Assembly: GCF_004010195.1 (NCBI RefSeq)
Contig: NC_057712.1
Coordinates: 81,428,696 to 81,492,695, forward strand
From: Chiloscyllium plagiosum
Lineage: Eukaryota
DNA: 64,000 bases
Reading direction: 5' to 3'
The number at the start of each line of letters is the position of its first letter. The stretch's first letter is position 1. Under the pieces are notes generated by a model. It was given only the letters and a program-made list of their open reading frames with translations, was not told the DNA's origin and did not search any database. This document shows positions 62,905-64,000 of the stretch, piece by piece. The position numbers and the translations under genes were made by a program.

Positions 62905-63320
62905 TACAGGTGTACCACCCTTGAAGTGAAAAAATGTCTCTTCATCTCAATGTTAAATGGCCTACTGTTCATCCTAACACCATGACCTTTTTTGGCTCTG
63001 GACCCTCTATCTAGGGACAACATTATTCCTCCATCCAGTCTTTCCAGACCTGTTAGAATTTGATAAGTTTCAGTGAAGTCCCCTGTCAGTCTTCTGAATG
63101 CCACTGAATGTCAGCCCAGTTGACCTGAATGAAAATCTGCCACCCCAGGAATTTGCCTCATGAATCTTCGATACATTCCATCAATAGAAAATATATCTTT
63201 TCTTAGGTAAGGAGATCAAAACGACACACAATACACCATGTGTGATCTCACCAAAACCCTGTACAGCTGCTGTAAGACTTACTTGCTCCTATACTCAAAT
63301 GAACTAGCAATTTTAAGGAC
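62905..63320 (-). mobile_element. Degenerate CR1 RT C-terminal fragment
   Basis: AFRRLTGDFTETYQILTGLERLDGG...GHGVRMNSRPFNIEMKRHFFTSRVVHL; LYRVLVRSH. Confidence 0.8.
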
Positions 63321-63659
63321 ATATTCAGTTTTTTTTTAAAAGTTATGCACTTAAATGAGAAGGAATAGTTTTAAAACCAATATTTTGAAAGGAAGACTAT
63401 ACAGTTTGAAAGCACGTAGCCTGACGCTCATGGCAAATATTGTAAATAACTGTTTGAACAAGCAATAATTGAAGTGGTTGGAGTCAAACTGCAGTTGAGT
63501 TTTGTATTCAGATGCAGTTTTATTCAGATTGATCTGTCTACTAGTGACCAATTCCGAATGATAAGCCTTTTGCTTGCCAAGAATCATGTGATTGTTTCTA
63601 AATAAGTAAACAGCTTGAAGTTGGAAGGGTGACAGAGTGGGTTTTGATCTCCACCAGCT

Positions 63660-63946
63660 CAGGCACATGGGATCAATATAGATTTCACCAGTTTCCTCAT
63701 TTCCCCTCCTCCCACCTTATCCCAGATCCAACCTTCCAACTCGGCACGACCCTCATGGCCTATCCTACCTGTCCATCTTCCTTCCCATCTATCCTCTCCA
63801 CCCTCCTCCCCGATCTATCACCATTACCCCCACCTTCATCTACCTGTTGCACTCTCAGCTATCATGCCACCACCCCACCCCCCTCCCCGTCCCACCCTCC
63901 CTCCTACTTATCTCTCCACCCCCTTGGCTCACTAGCCCCAGTTCCT
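63660..63946 (+). mobile_element. Penelope-like element 3' UTR fragment
   Basis: GGGATCAATATAGATTTCACCAGTTTCCTCATTTCCCC (GINIDFTSF) plus a C/T-rich tract homologous to the reverse complement of 38790-39055. It stops at TTCCT, where the hammerhead would begin. Confidence 0.8.
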
Positions 63947-64000
63947 CAGATGATGTCTTATCCACTGTCATTCTTTTTAATGAGGCTACCCCGTTACTCA

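Overview
Vertebrate, repeat-rich non-coding DNA, almost certainly from a cartilaginous fish. This is inferred from HE1-type V-SINEs, CR1/HER1-type LINEs and Penelope-type fragments; family names come from recalled consensus motifs, not database searches. No host protein-coding exon could be identified with confidence. Main contents: (1) a complete but decayed 6.5-kb Ty3/Gypsy LTR element with integrase upstream of RT (Gmr1-like) and a SCAN-like capsid at 7613-14123, TSD CCTA, nested in a CR1; (2) a 13.2-kb array of about 350 36-bp units at 35502-48728. Its unit is a 12-codon piece of the endonuclease domain of a CR1-clade LINE whose reading frame runs into the array on the left and resumes on the right, so this is a satellite grown in place from a LINE coding segment. 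It shows higher-order repeats, a captured 136-bp copy of its own flank and two Penelope insertions; (3) many short Penelope-like pLTR fragments carrying a minimal type I hammerhead ribozyme motif, several with long target duplications or foldback structure; (4) numerous CR1, SINE and MITE remnants, and a repeat-poor stretch near 50.4-52 kb with an RFX X-box.
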